Under the pieces are notes generated by a model. The model was not told the origin of the DNA and did not search any database. It saw nothing but the letters and a program-made list of their open reading frames with translations. The position numbers and the translations under genes were made by a program. This document shows positions 47,540 to 58,234 of a stretch of DNA of 64,000 nucleotides, piece by piece; position 1 is the stretch's first letter, and each line of letters opens with the position of its first letter. The stretch comes from Armatimonadota bacterium (GTDB lineage: Bacteria; Armatimonadota; UBA5829; DTLH01): assembly GCA_039679675.1 (NCBI GenBank), contig JBDKUN010000062.1, positions 64,001-128,000 of the forward strand, given 5' to 3'.

Positions 47540-48550
47540 CTACTTCAAATACCAGAACATAACCAAGCCCAGTGCGGAGAGCGAAGCAGTCAGCAGATAG
47601 ATCACCCAGATTGTCTGTTTCTGGCTCAGTCCGCGCTGCAGCAGCCTGTGATGTACATGGCTTTTGTCTGCTTCGTAGACTTTTGTGCCACGAATTGCCC
47701 TACTTACGATAACGAAAGCTGTGTCCAGTATCGGAATAGCAAGCACAAGGAGCGGGACAGCCATTGCAACGAGCGTGGAAACCTTGAATGCACCTATCAC
47801 TGACGCCGATGCAAGCACGAATCCCATAAATTGAGCGCCTACTGTGCCCATAAATATCTTCGCAGGCGGGTAATTGAGTCTCAAGAACCCCAAACTGGCT
47901 CCTAGAAGCGCGCCGCTCAGAATCAAGACTGTGGTAAACAACCTCACCCGGTCCGCGCTTTGAGCGGTCGGGATGATCACGCTGTGGATGCTCCCCAGCG
48001 CCTGCAGCGACATGACGAAAAGCGTGGCGGCTGCAATGGCGCATATTCCGGCGGCAAGCCCGTCAAGCCCGTCCATCAGATCAACTGTTTTGGTGACCCC
48101 GAATATCCAGATGAGTGTCAGCGGTATTGCCAGCCAGGGTTTGAACCACCAGTAACCGGGCCCAATCGGTTTGTTGATGTAGGATACGATTCCTCCGAAG
48201 TAGACCAGCACAGCTCCACCGGCTAGAATTGCCAGAATCTGGGCATACGGCGGAAAATCATACTTGTCATCGAGCATACCTGCGATGGCTATTACCGTTC
48301 CGCCAAGGAGCACGCCGAGCATCTGCTTGTTGATCCCGACATGCGGGTCGAGTTTGACTGCGATGATTACAGCAGCGATAAACGCGATGTAGATTGCAAG
48401 CCCGCCCCACCTCGGAGTCGGTGTTACATGCACTCTACGCTCGCTGGGTTGATCGATAACTCCGGCTTTTATCGCCAGCTTCCTTACCAGCGGTGTCAGT
48501 AAAAATGACCCTATAAAGGCCACAATAATTGCGATAATCGCACTATTCAC
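47540..48550 (-). CDS. Undecaprenyl-phosphate GlcNAc-1-P transferase (WecA/TagO, GT4)
   Basis: TPRWGG, GMLDD, DGLDGLA, PAKIFMG, HVHHRL. Confidence 0.9.
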   Translation of the reverse strand: MNSAIIAIIVAFIGSFLLTPLVRKLAIKAGVIDQPSERRVHVTPTPRWGGLAIYIAFIAAVIIAVKLDPHVGINKQMLGVLLGGTVIAIAGMLDDKYDFPPYAQILAILAGGAVLVYFGGIVSYINKPIGPGYWWFKPWLAIPLTLIWIFGVTKTVDLMDGLDGLAAGICAIAAATLFVMSLQALGSIHSVIIPTAQSADRVRLFTTVLILSGALLGASLGFLRLNYPPAKIFMGTVGAQFMGFVLASASVIGAFKVSTLVAMAVPLLVLAIPILDTAFVIVSRAIRGTKVYEADKSHVHHRLLQRGLSQKQTIWVIYLLTASLSALGLVMFWYLK

Positions 48551-49020
48551 TAAATATCCTCGGAATCTAATACAAACCGGACCATCTCGATTTCAGCCTG
48601 TCCCAACATCTCCAGTGCGAAATCGTCCGGGTAATCCCCCTGAAATACCACGCGCGTGACACCGGAGTTTATGATCGCCTTTGCGCACAGACTGCATGGC
48701 TGGTGTGTGCAGTAGAGCGTAGAACCCTTTGTCGACACACCGTAGAGCGCAGCCTGCATAATGGCGTTTTGCTCGGCGTGGAGCGCCCGGCAAAGCTCAT
48801 GCCTTGTGCCGGACTCAATTCCGAGCTTGTCACGCATACATCCAAGTTCAAAACAGTGCGGCAGCCCGCTCGGCGCGCCGTTGTAACCGGTCGTAAGTAT
48901 TCGTTTGTCTTTAACGACGATAGCTCCGATCTGCCTTCTGACGCATGTCGAGCGCTTGGCCACCACATGGGCGATTTCCATAAAATATTCGTCCCAATCA
49001 GGCCGCCTGCGCTCCGTCAA
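48550..49020 (-). CDS. dCMP deaminase family protein
   Basis: RSTC, TGYNG, HAEQNA, PCSLC. Confidence 0.92.
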   Translation of the reverse strand: MTERRRPDWDEYFMEIAHVVAKRSTCVRRQIGAIVVKDKRILTTGYNGAPSGLPHCFELGCMRDKLGIESGTRHELCRALHAEQNAIMQAALYGVSTKGSTLYCTHQPCSLCAKAIINSGVTRVVFQGDYPDDFALEMLGQAEIEMVRFVLDSEDI

Positions 49021-50318
49021 TTTGCGCCCCCATAGACAGGGAAAGCGTCGCAGAGTTCCTTGACGCGTGCTCTGATCGAGTTTTTGGTCGCTTCACTTTC
49101 AGGGTCAGAAAGCGCCGTCGTTATGAGATCGGCGATGGTTTCCATCTCCGGTTCTTTCATACCTCTTGTGGTTACTGCCGGTGTTCCGATCCTGATACCG
49201 CTCGTTACGAACGGTTTTTCTTTGTCGAAGGGGATCATATTTTTGTTTACTACAATGCCGACATCCTCAAGCACTGCCTGAGCCATTTTACCGGTCATAT
49301 GTTTTCCGGTAAGGTCGATCAACATCAGGTGAGTGTCCGTTCCGCCTGAGACGAGTCTGAATCCTTCACCGACGAGTTTATTTGCCAGCGTCTTAGCGTT
49401 CTTCAAAATCTGGTTCTGATAATCTTTGAACTCAGGGGACATTGCCTCTTTATAACATACGGCTTTTGCCGCGATTATGTGCTCAAGGGGACCGCCCTGC
49501 ATACCGGGAAAGACTGTCTTATCAATAATCTCTGCAAATTCCTTCTTGCAGAGGATCATTCCGGCGCGCGGGCCTCTTAAAGTCTTGTGAGTCGTGCTTG
49601 TAACGATGTCCGCATACGGTACCGGCGAAGGGTGCGCACCTGTCGCTACCATTCCGGCAATGTGTGCCATATCGACCATAAATACCGCGCCGACCTCGTC
49701 CGCAATGCTCTTCATTTCGGCGAAATCGATAATTCTTGGGTATACAGACGCGCCGGTGACGAGTATTTTCGGTCTGCACTCCTTCGCAATCTGTCTGATA
49801 TGGTCATAGTTCAGCACTTCGGTGTCCTGATCGACTCCGTAATGGACTGCATTATAGAGCCTGCCGGAGAAGTTTACCGGACTGCCGTGTGTGAGGTGTC
49901 CGCCGTGCGCCAGATCGAGCGCCATGAAGGTATCTCCCGGCTTCATGACCGCAAAGTAGGCTGCCATGTTTGCGATGGCTCCGGAGTGGGGTTGGACATT
50001 CGCATGTTCGGCTTTGTACAGTTCTTTTGCGCGCTCGATAGCGAGCGTTTCTATAACATCAACGAATTCGCATCCGCCGTAATAACGCTTTCCCGGGTAG
50101 CCCTCGGCATACTTATTGGTCAAAACCGAACCCTGTGCTTGCAGAATGGCCCGGCTGGCGTAGTTTTCGGACGCGATCAGCACGAGTTTTTCATGCTGCC
50201 GCTTTTCCTCATGCTTGATTGCTTCGGCGACTTCGGGGTCTACTTCCGAAAGGGGAAGCTCCATCGTACTACTTCGTATATCTACGGCACCCACTTGTTG
50301 ATCCTCCTTGGAGCACAT
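49017..50318 (-). CDS. glyA: Serine hydroxymethyltransferase
   Basis: [32 protein letters not shown]. Confidence 0.97.
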   Translation of the reverse strand: MCSKEDQQVGAVDIRSSTMELPLSEVDPEVAEAIKHEEKRQHEKLVLIASENYASRAILQAQGSVLTNKYAEGYPGKRYYGGCEFVDVIETLAIERAKELYKAEHANVQPHSGAIANMAAYFAVMKPGDTFMALDLAHGGHLTHGSPVNFSGRLYNAVHYGVDQDTEVLNYDHIRQIAKECRPKILVTGASVYPRIIDFAEMKSIADEVGAVFMVDMAHIAGMVATGAHPSPVPYADIVTSTTHKTLRGPRAGMILCKKEFAEIIDKTVFPGMQGGPLEHIIAAKAVCYKEAMSPEFKDYQNQILKNAKTLANKLVGEGFRLVSGGTDTHLMLIDLTGKHMTGKMAQAVLEDVGIVVNKNMIPFDKEKPFVTSGIRIGTPAVTTRGMKEPEMETIADLITTALSDPESEATKNSIRARVKELCDAFPVYGGAN

Positions 50319-50360
50319 CCATATTTGGATGCGTCTATCGCTCCTGAACTGCTGCCAGTT

Positions 50361-50792
50361 TTATTGTTCGATCTTGTTAACGCGGTTTATGTGGCGCGGC
50401 TCGGTCGAAAATTCGGTCTCAAGCCACACGCGGATTATATTTTTTGCAAGTTCCGGCCCGATGACCCGGCCTCCGAGCGTAAGCACATTGGTATTGTTAT
50501 GTTCTCTTGACATCCTGGCCGTGTATTCATCAGATGCAAGAACAGCCCTGATCCCATGGACCTTGTTAGCTGTTATGCACATCCCAACGCCTGTCCCGCA
50601 GATAAGGATGCCTCGGTCATACTCGCCCGAAGCTACGGCATCTGAAACTTCGCGCGCTATATCGGGATAATCGACAGGATCATTCGAGTAGGTCCCGAAG
50701 TCCCGGATTTCGTAGTTTTCCGTCCTGAGTGCGTCAAGGATTTGCTGCTTCATGTCGTAACCACCGTGATCGGAGCCGACAGCTATCTTCAT
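50361..50792 (-). CDS. rpiB: Ribose-5-phosphate isomerase B
   Basis: GSDHGG, DYPD, CGTGVG, REHNN. Confidence 0.95.
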   Translation of the reverse strand: MKIAVGSDHGGYDMKQQILDALRTENYEIRDFGTYSNDPVDYPDIAREVSDAVASGEYDRGILICGTGVGMCITANKVHGIRAVLASDEYTARMSREHNNTNVLTLGGRVIGPELAKNIIRVWLETEFSTEPRHINRVNKIEQ

Positions 50793-50902
50793 TATCTACA
50801 TAATCCTTACAAAAGTGGTTTTCCAGCGGCTTACGCCGCCGCAATTATACCGCTCTGCGCAGGCCGATGTAAAGCAAATGACAGAGGATCTGCCGGATTT
50901 AG

Positions 50903-51010
50903 GACCGCGGAGGCACGGAATAGAGGGAAACGCGGAAGGTGGAAATTAGTATGCTTCGGGACGAACTGCGGTCCCGAAGCACGAGTCTCCACTAATCCTT
51001 CTTCGCGCAA
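50903..51010. repeat. Mosaic repeat island E
   Basis: ACCGCGGAGGCACGGAA..CGCGGAAGGTGG, TGCTTCGGGACGAACTGCGGTCCCGAAGCA, CGAGTCTCCACTAATCC. Confidence 0.85.
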
Positions 51011-51031
51011 TTTGCGATTTAAAGCAGACCG

Positions 51032-51733
51032 TTACTTCTTTCTTGTAAGCAGTCTGCGCGTGATTTTACGTATGCTGCCGCCGATATTTTTAGCAAGCTC
51101 TTCGTAGGGCAGGGGAGTGTTCAGCCGGTCTATCTCTTCGGGGCGGAGCTGGCCGGGTGCATGTTTGTGCTTCAGCATCAAAACTGCGTAGAGGTCGCCG
51201 TCGATGAATTGCCGGAAAAGGAAATTTATGAACGGGTTCAACCCATGCCCGCGCATCACGCAGGCGGCGAAATCTACTACTTTTGGTTTGCCGTCACTCG
51301 CGATCATCACGTTACCGGAGCTTCTCAGATCGCAGTGGGTGACGCCTCGTGAATGCACAGCGTCCATAATATTGTCCAGCTCGTCGAAAAACCCTTCAGG
51401 GATGTTTCCTTCGAAGTCCCTGAGTGCGGTCCCATCGATATGCTCGATTACCATGGCGTGCCGGTCGATCCGCTGGAATAACCTGGGCACACCTTCGACG
51501 CCGTCCATCCGGGCGAGCGCGGTGCTCTCCCGCCGGATCAGAATCGGGCCGATAAAAATTCTGAACAGCATGTCGCTTCGCCGGAAATCTTTTACTACAA
51601 AGCGGCGGTTTTCGATTTCCACTACCCTGACATCGGGGCGTGTTCCTCCGGCAGTCCTGAGGAATGCGACAGTGTGATTTTCTATTTCTTTTCGGGTCAT
51701 TTGAAGTGCCTGTGCCGGGAATACCCGGCACAC
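51032..51733 (-). CDS. RIO/Kdo-like protein kinase-fold phosphotransferase
   Basis: VVKDF, GVTHCDLRSSGNV, VVDF; true start possibly MTRKE at 51700. Confidence 0.75.
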   Translation of the reverse strand: MCRVFPAQALQMTRKEIENHTVAFLRTAGGTRPDVRVVEIENRRFVVKDFRRSDMLFRIFIGPILIRRESTALARMDGVEGVPRLFQRIDRHAMVIEHIDGTALRDFEGNIPEGFFDELDNIMDAVHSRGVTHCDLRSSGNVMIASDGKPKVVDFAACVMRGHGLNPFINFLFRQFIDGDLYAVLMLKHKHAPGQLRPEEIDRLNTPLPYEELAKNIGGSIRKITRRLLTRKK

Positions 51734-51750
51734 ATCGAGGAACTAATAAT

Positions 51751-52731
51751 TCAGAACATCTGGTCTACGAGCTTCCGGGCATCGTCGTTGTCTGAAAGGC
51801 AGACTCTGCTATCGCTGCTCGGCAGGATCGCCGTTCGGATCGATTCCTTGGGCAAAGACTTGATGAACATAGCTATGGTCATCATCTGCGCGTCGCTCAT
51901 CGAGCTGTTTATGCCGCTTTTGAGCGTGTCTATCAACTCCGGCAGACGAAAGAATACAGACCTGGACATGATCTTGCTCTTGGTCGCCAAAAGAAGCTGA
52001 TGCTGCCGTGCGATCCGTTCCTGATCGGTAACGCTGTGTCCGTCGTTCGACTTTCTGAACCGCACGAAACCGAGGGCTTCTTTGCCGTCCATCATCTGGG
52101 TCCCCGGCTTAAGATGAATGTGGAGGTTCCCCCAGTTGTCGTCGTAGTCCATTTGCTTGTCTACGGTGATCTGCAGTCCTCCGAGCGTATCTATCGCTTT
52201 TTCAAAGCTCTTGTAGTCCACTACCAGATACTCTTCAGGTTTGATGTCCAGGAAATTTTCGATAGTCTCCATACAGAGTTCAGGCCCGCCGTATGCATGG
52301 GCTGCGTTTATCTTGTGTTTTCCGCGATGGCCTGGAATCCGAACGCGTGTGTCTCTCGGAATAGAGAGAATATTTGCTGTCCGGTCCTTGAAATCGAGCC
52401 TGACAAGCAAGATGGTGTCGGTGCGGCCGTTTGTTTTGAGCACTCTATCATGGTTATCGAGGTCGACATCCTTGCCGAGGAAAAGCAGGGTAACGTTGTC
52501 TTTGTCAGGGAACGATTTTTCGGGCTGCCACATGCCTGTACGCCAATCGTGGACAATTTGACGTACGGTCTTGCTGCCGAAATACACGTATCCTACCACC
52601 GTGCCAAGACCAAGTGAAAAAATAAGAAACAAGCCTAAAAAGATTCTCCAGACCCAACGGACAGTCCGACGACGGCGGACGGGCCTCCTCGACAAAGGTC
52701 TTCTCGACACGGTACGCATGCGTTGCTGCAT
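51751..52731 (-). CDS. LCP (LytR-CpsA-Psr) family protein
   Basis: TM anchor, GRTDTI, SIPRDT, KINAA, FVRFR, RIARQ. Confidence 0.93.
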   Translation of the reverse strand: MQQRMRTVSRRPLSRRPVRRRRTVRWVWRIFLGLFLIFSLGLGTVVGYVYFGSKTVRQIVHDWRTGMWQPEKSFPDKDNVTLLFLGKDVDLDNHDRVLKTNGRTDTILLVRLDFKDRTANILSIPRDTRVRIPGHRGKHKINAAHAYGGPELCMETIENFLDIKPEEYLVVDYKSFEKAIDTLGGLQITVDKQMDYDDNWGNLHIHLKPGTQMMDGKEALGFVRFRKSNDGHSVTDQERIARQHQLLLATKSKIMSRSVFFRLPELIDTLKSGINSSMSDAQMMTIAMFIKSLPKESIRTAILPSSDSRVCLSDNDDARKLVDQMF

Positions 52732-52922
52732 CAGTTTTTCAAGAATCCTCCAAAACTACAAGTCTCTGTCAAAGCACACTCACCAGCTTCGTAGAGAGCT
52801 TTCATAAGTATAGTGTCGTGAAAGGACGGCTGTCAACCGAATAAGCTTTCACAGGCGGAAGATTGATTCGCCCGTGCTTACTCGCTATAATGGCTTCGTA
52901 CGTATTATTGGGGGTGTAACAC

Positions 52923-53957
52923 ATGCGTAAAAATTCTCTATTTGCTCTCACTCTTTTACTGATGTTGTGCGCAAGCACGGCTGTTTTTGCGGCAAAGCCG
53001 AAGCCAAAGGCAAAGCCCGCACCCAAACCAGCCAAGGTAAAGATCCAGTCGGTGATGCTTGCAGGTGACAACGGCGTATTCGGGACGGTCTATTCAATAA
53101 GAAAAGGCTATCCGATCTACTTCAGGCTGAAAAGCGCCGAGTACACTACTGATCAGATGGTCATAGGAGACCGTTTGTATGCGCCTAAGGCCGGCGAGAA
53201 ACTGCTGGTGCTGCATTTCACGGTTCAGAACCCGCAGAAGTCCGAGCAGCAGGTCCGCTGGGACTCTCTCAGGTTTACCGCAGTTGACTCCATGAATGTG
53301 AACAATGACGTTCAATCGGATTGGGGGGACGAGATAAACGGAGGCAGCGTAAACATGCTGCTGAAGCCCGCGCAGAAGATAGATATTTTCGCCAGTATTA
53401 TAGTCCCTGCCAAGGGAATTATTCCTAAGCTTATGGTTATGTCCGATTGCGACGACGACGGTCCGATACTTCGCTACGACCTCAGGAATCCCAAGAATGC
53501 AGTGGCCCCGCTGAAGAAATACGTGTCAGACCCATCCGACGCAAGCGGCTGCACTGCCATGGAGACAGTCCCTGGGGCGTTAGGCACTGCCTATCCTTGT
53601 AACAATTTCGACATTACAGTTCAGAAATCCGGTTACCTCGAAGAAGGTATAAACGGAGAAGAGCTGGAGGAGGGTATTCATTACTTTACGGTAACGGTTC
53701 TTGTGAAGAACAAGTCTCCTGAAAAAACTTATCTCCGCTGGGACTCGATCATCCCAGTTTTACTCTCTACGGACGGTGAAGAATTGAATTACAAGGACAT
53801 GCTCTTGGCATCAGCCAGCCGTGGGATAAGTAGAGACCTGAAACCCGGTGAAGAAGTGACTGTGCGGTTATGTTTCGAGCTGTCGAAAGATGCAACTCCT
53901 CAAACGCTTTCGATCAAAGAAGAAGAAAGCCGGACGTACGAGTTCAAAATGCAGTAA
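52923..53957 (+). CDS. Secreted hypothetical protein with two similar Ig-like (DUF4352-like) domains
   Basis: Signal peptide, KPKP linker, internal repeat VQNP..RWDSL / VKNK..RWDSI. Confidence 0.7.
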   Translation: MRKNSLFALTLLLMLCASTAVFAAKPKPKAKPAPKPAKVKIQSVMLAGDNGVFGTVYSIRKGYPIYFRLKSAEYTTDQMVIGDRLYAPKAGEKLLVLHFTVQNPQKSEQQVRWDSLRFTAVDSMNVNNDVQSDWGDEINGGSVNMLLKPAQKIDIFASIIVPAKGIIPKLMVMSDCDDDGPILRYDLRNPKNAVAPLKKYVSDPSDASGCTAMETVPGALGTAYPCNNFDITVQKSGYLEEGINGEELEEGIHYFTVTVLVKNKSPEKTYLRWDSIIPVLLSTDGEELNYKDMLLASASRGISRDLKPGEEVTVRLCFELSKDATPQTLSIKEEESRTYEFKMQ

Positions 53958-54104
53958 TAGCGCATTTGCAGATTCTGGTGCTGTCTATGAAATGCATGCA
54001 AGGCTTGATTTAGTGATACAAGCGTATGCATTTGCCGGACAGCACCTTTTTCTTGTTGCCGTCGATTTGCTCCGATGAGATTTCGCCGTGGAGGTCTATA
54101 GTAC

Positions 54105-55154
54105 ATGACAAAAAGGGAAAATATTCTGAAGACCGTTCGTTTTGAGACACCGGACTATATCCCGATGATCTTCAGTTTCAACCCGGCATGCTGGAACCAT
54201 TATCCGAAGGACGCATTGTTTGAGCTTATGAGCGAGCATCATTTTCTTTTCCCTGATTTCGATGCTAATCACCCACCTGTACCTTATTACGGTCCGCAAC
54301 AGCGGGCAGGGCAGCCTTATACCGATGGTTGGGGTTGTGTATGGAAGACGACCAAAGACGGAATCTCCGGAAGTGTGGCAGAGCATCCGCTGGAAAGTTG
54401 GGATGCTTTCGATGGCTATACCCCACCGGACCCTGCGTTATCCTGCGGGCTTGAGCCTCGCGATTGGAACCAGATAGCCAGTAATCTGCAAAAGGTTCGG
54501 TCAAATGGCGAACTGACATCTGGAAGCCTGAACCATGGCCATACGTTTCTTCTTATGTGCGACCTCCGTGGATATCAAAACCTGCTCTTCGATATGATCG
54601 ACCAGGATCCCAGACTATACAAACTGCTCGGTGTTATAGAGGATTTCAATCTGTCCGTGGTAACAAGATTTCTCGAACTCGGTATTGAGTGGATGAGCTA
54701 TCCAGAAGATTTGGGAATGCAGATTGGCCCGATGATCTCGCCTGAACTGTTCCGCCGGTTCATCAAGCCCAGTTACCAGCGCATTATGGAACCTGCACGC
54801 AAAGCTGGCTGCATCGTGCATATGCACTCCGACGGAGATATCCGAAGCCTTGCTGCTGATCTTGTTGACGGTGGTGTTCAGGTGCTTAATTTACAGGATC
54901 TGGTCAACGGCATCGACTGGATTGTCGAAAACTTTGCTGGTAAAGTATGCATAGATTTGGATATAGACCGCCAGACAATTACTCCTAACGGCACTCCTCA
55001 GCAAATCGATGCGTTGATCCGGGAGGAAGTTGAAAATCTTTCTACCAAAAACGGAGGGTTGATGATGCTGTACGGCCTTTACCCCGGCGTTCCGCTGGAA
55101 AACGTAAAGGTTCTGATGGATGCAATGGAACGCTATGCGTTCTATTATGCTTAA
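54105..55154 (+). CDS. Uroporphyrinogen decarboxylase / MtaA-CmuA family protein
   Basis: DGWGCVW, LRGYQNLLFD, EDLGMQ..PMISP, HMHSDG. Confidence 0.85.
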   Translation: MTKRENILKTVRFETPDYIPMIFSFNPACWNHYPKDALFELMSEHHFLFPDFDANHPPVPYYGPQQRAGQPYTDGWGCVWKTTKDGISGSVAEHPLESWDAFDGYTPPDPALSCGLEPRDWNQIASNLQKVRSNGELTSGSLNHGHTFLLMCDLRGYQNLLFDMIDQDPRLYKLLGVIEDFNLSVVTRFLELGIEWMSYPEDLGMQIGPMISPELFRRFIKPSYQRIMEPARKAGCIVHMHSDGDIRSLAADLVDGGVQVLNLQDLVNGIDWIVENFAGKVCIDLDIDRQTITPNGTPQQIDALIREEVENLSTKNGGLMMLYGLYPGVPLENVKVLMDAMERYAFYYA

Positions 55155-55291
55155 TGCCATTTGGATGAAGGTTCAGTTTTCAAGTGGGAGCCATCTGTAA
55201 CCAAAAATGAAAGATCTGTCCAGCTCAAACCAGATAGCAACCGGTATTATAAAGAATTTCAGTTGACTTTGACTTTCACCGACCGCGAATG

Positions 55292-55545
55292 CAGACCCGT
55301 CCGACGCAAGCGGCTGCACTGCCATGGAGACAGTCCCTGGTGAGTTAGGCATTGCTTATCCTTGTAACAATTTTGACATTACGGTCCAGAAGTCCGGTTA
55401 CCTCGAAGAAGGCATAAACGGAGAAGAGCTGGAGGAGGGTATTCATTACTTTACAGTAACGGTTCTTGTGAAGAACAAGTCTCCTTTGCGGATTCTGGTG
55501 CTGTCTATGAAATACATGTAAGGCTTGATTTAGTGATACAAGCGT
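55292..55545 (+). pseudogene. Diverged partial duplicate of 52923..53957 plus its downstream flank
   Basis: 55292..55485 matches 53527..53720 with 11 substitutions; 55486..55545 matches 53966..54025. Confidence 0.85.
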
Positions 55546-55557
55546 TTCAGATATGCT

Positions 55558-57972
55558 TTATGCTCCCGCGAGTACGCCGACAAGCCGAATTGTAGCCATT
55601 CCGTCCAGTCCCGTGGCAGAGATACGGTGGCCGTTTACCCGCATGGCGCGAGAATGGCACTTCAGCCGAAGGTATGCACCCGAAGCTCCTTCGAAAGCGA
55701 TTACAGGATTGCGGGAATCGAGTCTTATCTCTATCCGGTCGAACTGTCCTGCGGCCATCAGGAGCGGTTCGCCCTTCAGCTTTACATAACTGCCGTTGTA
55801 AAGCCCGCAGCAGACCACTTCTCCGTTGACCTCGCTCACAGCCGCTATTTCGGCATCGGACTCTATCTCAGGTGTATCGCTGTCGCCGGTGTGGTTCTGA
55901 GGTAAACCGGTTGCGTAAATCCAGTTGACGGTATCTCCCCGGATGATTTTTATTGCATTTCCGCTGCAGTCGATCTCCGGTGCGTCACCACTATACGGGA
56001 TGAGGAGTGATAGGTAGCTCGCCTTCGTGCCTTTACGGCGCAGGCAGACTATCGGGACTGTGCGCGCGGCTGTTTCAGCAGGGCAGCGCGCGTGTAGTAC
56101 TGTTCCCGGTGCATCCATGGAGAAGAATGCGGCCAATCCACAGTCGCCGTCATGCCATCTTGCGGTAAAGTCAGCCATTTCACCCAGACTTATCGCTTTT
56201 GTTATCCATTCAGGTATATCCGCAGCAGCGCCGGATGTGGGTGGAATGTCGCAAAGCTCCCCTTCGCAGCGCAGGAGCCAGTCATAGACGTGTTCCGAAT
56301 CACTTTCCAGTGTATCCCGGACTACAGCTATATCACAGGCCATCATCACCTGTCTTGTGTGATGTACACCCGGATACGCTTCTTTGGACTCGGCCTCGGC
56401 CAGTTGGAGATATTCGCCCTGCCGGAATTCGAGAAGCCTGGACTCCGATGTCGGCTGTTGATGACTGCCGTCTACGACAACCGTGTTATGGCAGAATGTG
56501 CCGCTGTAGTAGTCGGCAATCGCCGAGCCAGATCCAGGCGTGCCGTAGTCGGGGCAGAGCGGTTTGTTGTTTGCGTAAAGTGTGATGCCCATCTTGTCGA
56601 GCTGTCCGTGCTGAAGAAACGGTCCGTAATCGAACGTCAGCATGGAGCCACTCTCACTCCTGAGGGTGCATATTCCTAAGCTCGGATGGTTCGTAGAGAC
56701 CAGCTTGGGTTCCTGCACCCGTCCCGGCAGGTCTCTCCCGAAGAGGAATGCGTAAAAGCTGCTCCTCGTAAACTCCCAGCGGCATTTAATGTGGGTATCG
56801 CTTTCGGGATACTTCGAGTAGTCGTATCCAGTTCTGAGCACCCAGGCAAAGATTGGGTCGGTCCACCGCCTGAAAGCTATCTCGTAGAGCGACAGCGGTA
56901 GGTTAGAGGAGTACGGCCCGTTGTTAATTGCCGGCAGTTGGAAAGACGGATATGCGTAGCTGATTGGCGCAATAAACATCGACTTCAGACACTTGCGAGT
57001 AGCCGGTTGGTAGTTGAAAAGATCGATACCTACGCGGCTGCACGCCTCAGCAATGTGAACGAAAGCAGAAAGTGATGAAAAATGATGTGCATGTACCGAT
57101 TCAGGCCAAATTCCGTCATGACCCAACTCATTCTTGATCTGATCTGAGAAATCCGTCAGTGCGGCGCTCAAGAGACCGGCATCTTTAAGCGCGCAGCCCA
57201 CTACTCCGACTGCGGCAAGCCGCCATGATGCTTCGGAGCCGGTAACATCGAGTTTTGCCAGCTTTTGAGCAGCCTGCCTGAGCAATTTGTTTTCGACGGC
57301 ATCTCTGTCGACCGGTGTGAAGAATCTGGAGTGGTAGACAAGATCATAAGCCTGTGCCAGAGGAATAATCCACGCTGCCTCATCCTGCGGACGGTCCATC
57401 ATGCCGTCTGAATCTTCTGAGCCGGGATATATTTTCGCATAACCGAGAAGAATTTCGATTGCTTTTTTCGCGTATTCGGGGTCGCGGTCCAGTTGATGGA
57501 TAAGCGCGAGAACCAGACAGCCGTTAGCCAGCGCGTTGTGATGGAACCACCTTGCAGCTGCGCTGTATTTATCTCCGCTGTAGGTTTTGCCGCAGCAGGG
57601 ACATCGATGTTCCCCGGTGGTTGTTCCAGCGGGAGGAATCTCCAGCCTGGTACCATCGTCGCAATAGAAGTCGGTACAACTTCCTCCGCGCTTAGGAATC
57701 TCGATAGTGGTTGCAAGCCACTGGTTGGCGCGGGCGAGAAGTCCTGTGCCGCTGAGAGAAGAAGCATCTTCCGGGGCATCTTGAAGATAAAGGCTGCGTT
57801 TCCAGCCTTCTTTTGTGAGCCCACGGCGAAGCACACTAAGCTCACGGTCACTTGCGATCACAAATGGACGCGCAGAAGCCGCAAGAAGCCGGGCTACTTC
57901 CTCTTTGCACGGTAAATCACCCGTATAATTTTTAGTAATATGACCCGAGGTTTTCGTTAAGTCTCGATTCAT
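55558..57972 (-). CDS. Heparinase II/III / oligoalginate-lyase-like protein
   Basis: AQAYDL, DGIWPE, FDYGP..HGQLDK, HNTVVVDG; no signal peptide; Cys-rich insert. Confidence 0.75.
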   Translation of the reverse strand: MNRDLTKTSGHITKNYTGDLPCKEEVARLLAASARPFVIASDRELSVLRRGLTKEGWKRSLYLQDAPEDASSLSGTGLLARANQWLATTIEIPKRGGSCTDFYCDDGTRLEIPPAGTTTGEHRCPCCGKTYSGDKYSAAARWFHHNALANGCLVLALIHQLDRDPEYAKKAIEILLGYAKIYPGSEDSDGMMDRPQDEAAWIIPLAQAYDLVYHSRFFTPVDRDAVENKLLRQAAQKLAKLDVTGSEASWRLAAVGVVGCALKDAGLLSAALTDFSDQIKNELGHDGIWPESVHAHHFSSLSAFVHIAEACSRVGIDLFNYQPATRKCLKSMFIAPISYAYPSFQLPAINNGPYSSNLPLSLYEIAFRRWTDPIFAWVLRTGYDYSKYPESDTHIKCRWEFTRSSFYAFLFGRDLPGRVQEPKLVSTNHPSLGICTLRSESGSMLTFDYGPFLQHGQLDKMGITLYANNKPLCPDYGTPGSGSAIADYYSGTFCHNTVVVDGSHQQPTSESRLLEFRQGEYLQLAEAESKEAYPGVHHTRQVMMACDIAVVRDTLESDSEHVYDWLLRCEGELCDIPPTSGAAADIPEWITKAISLGEMADFTARWHDGDCGLAAFFSMDAPGTVLHARCPAETAARTVPIVCLRRKGTKASYLSLLIPYSGDAPEIDCSGNAIKIIRGDTVNWIYATGLPQNHTGDSDTPEIESDAEIAAVSEVNGEVVCCGLYNGSYVKLKGEPLLMAAGQFDRIEIRLDSRNPVIAFEGASGAYLRLKCHSRAMRVNGHRISATGLDGMATIRLVGVLAGA

Positions 57973-58234
57973 TGTCTCCTACACTTCAACCAGCCTTAGT
58001 TAACGTTTGACAAGAAGGGCGCTAGATAACAATGCCGAAGCTCTGCAACCTCGTCTGAAATTCCTGCATTACGACCCTTGACAAGAGGGTCAAAACCTTG
58101 AGTTTGCCTGCTTCAATATAAATGCTTCTTCGCAGAGAGGACGGATTCCTGCCCAAATTCTGTGAATTTCTTATTAAATGTTCTGCAAATGAGAAAACCT
58201 CAGCTATTCTGTCAGTCAGAAATGCTTTAGAACC

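Noticed and set aside
53527..55485. Near-identical repeat pair as a diversity-generating retroelement (TR/VR)
   Set aside because: Differences are not adenine-specific, are mostly synonymous third positions, and no reverse transcriptase is present
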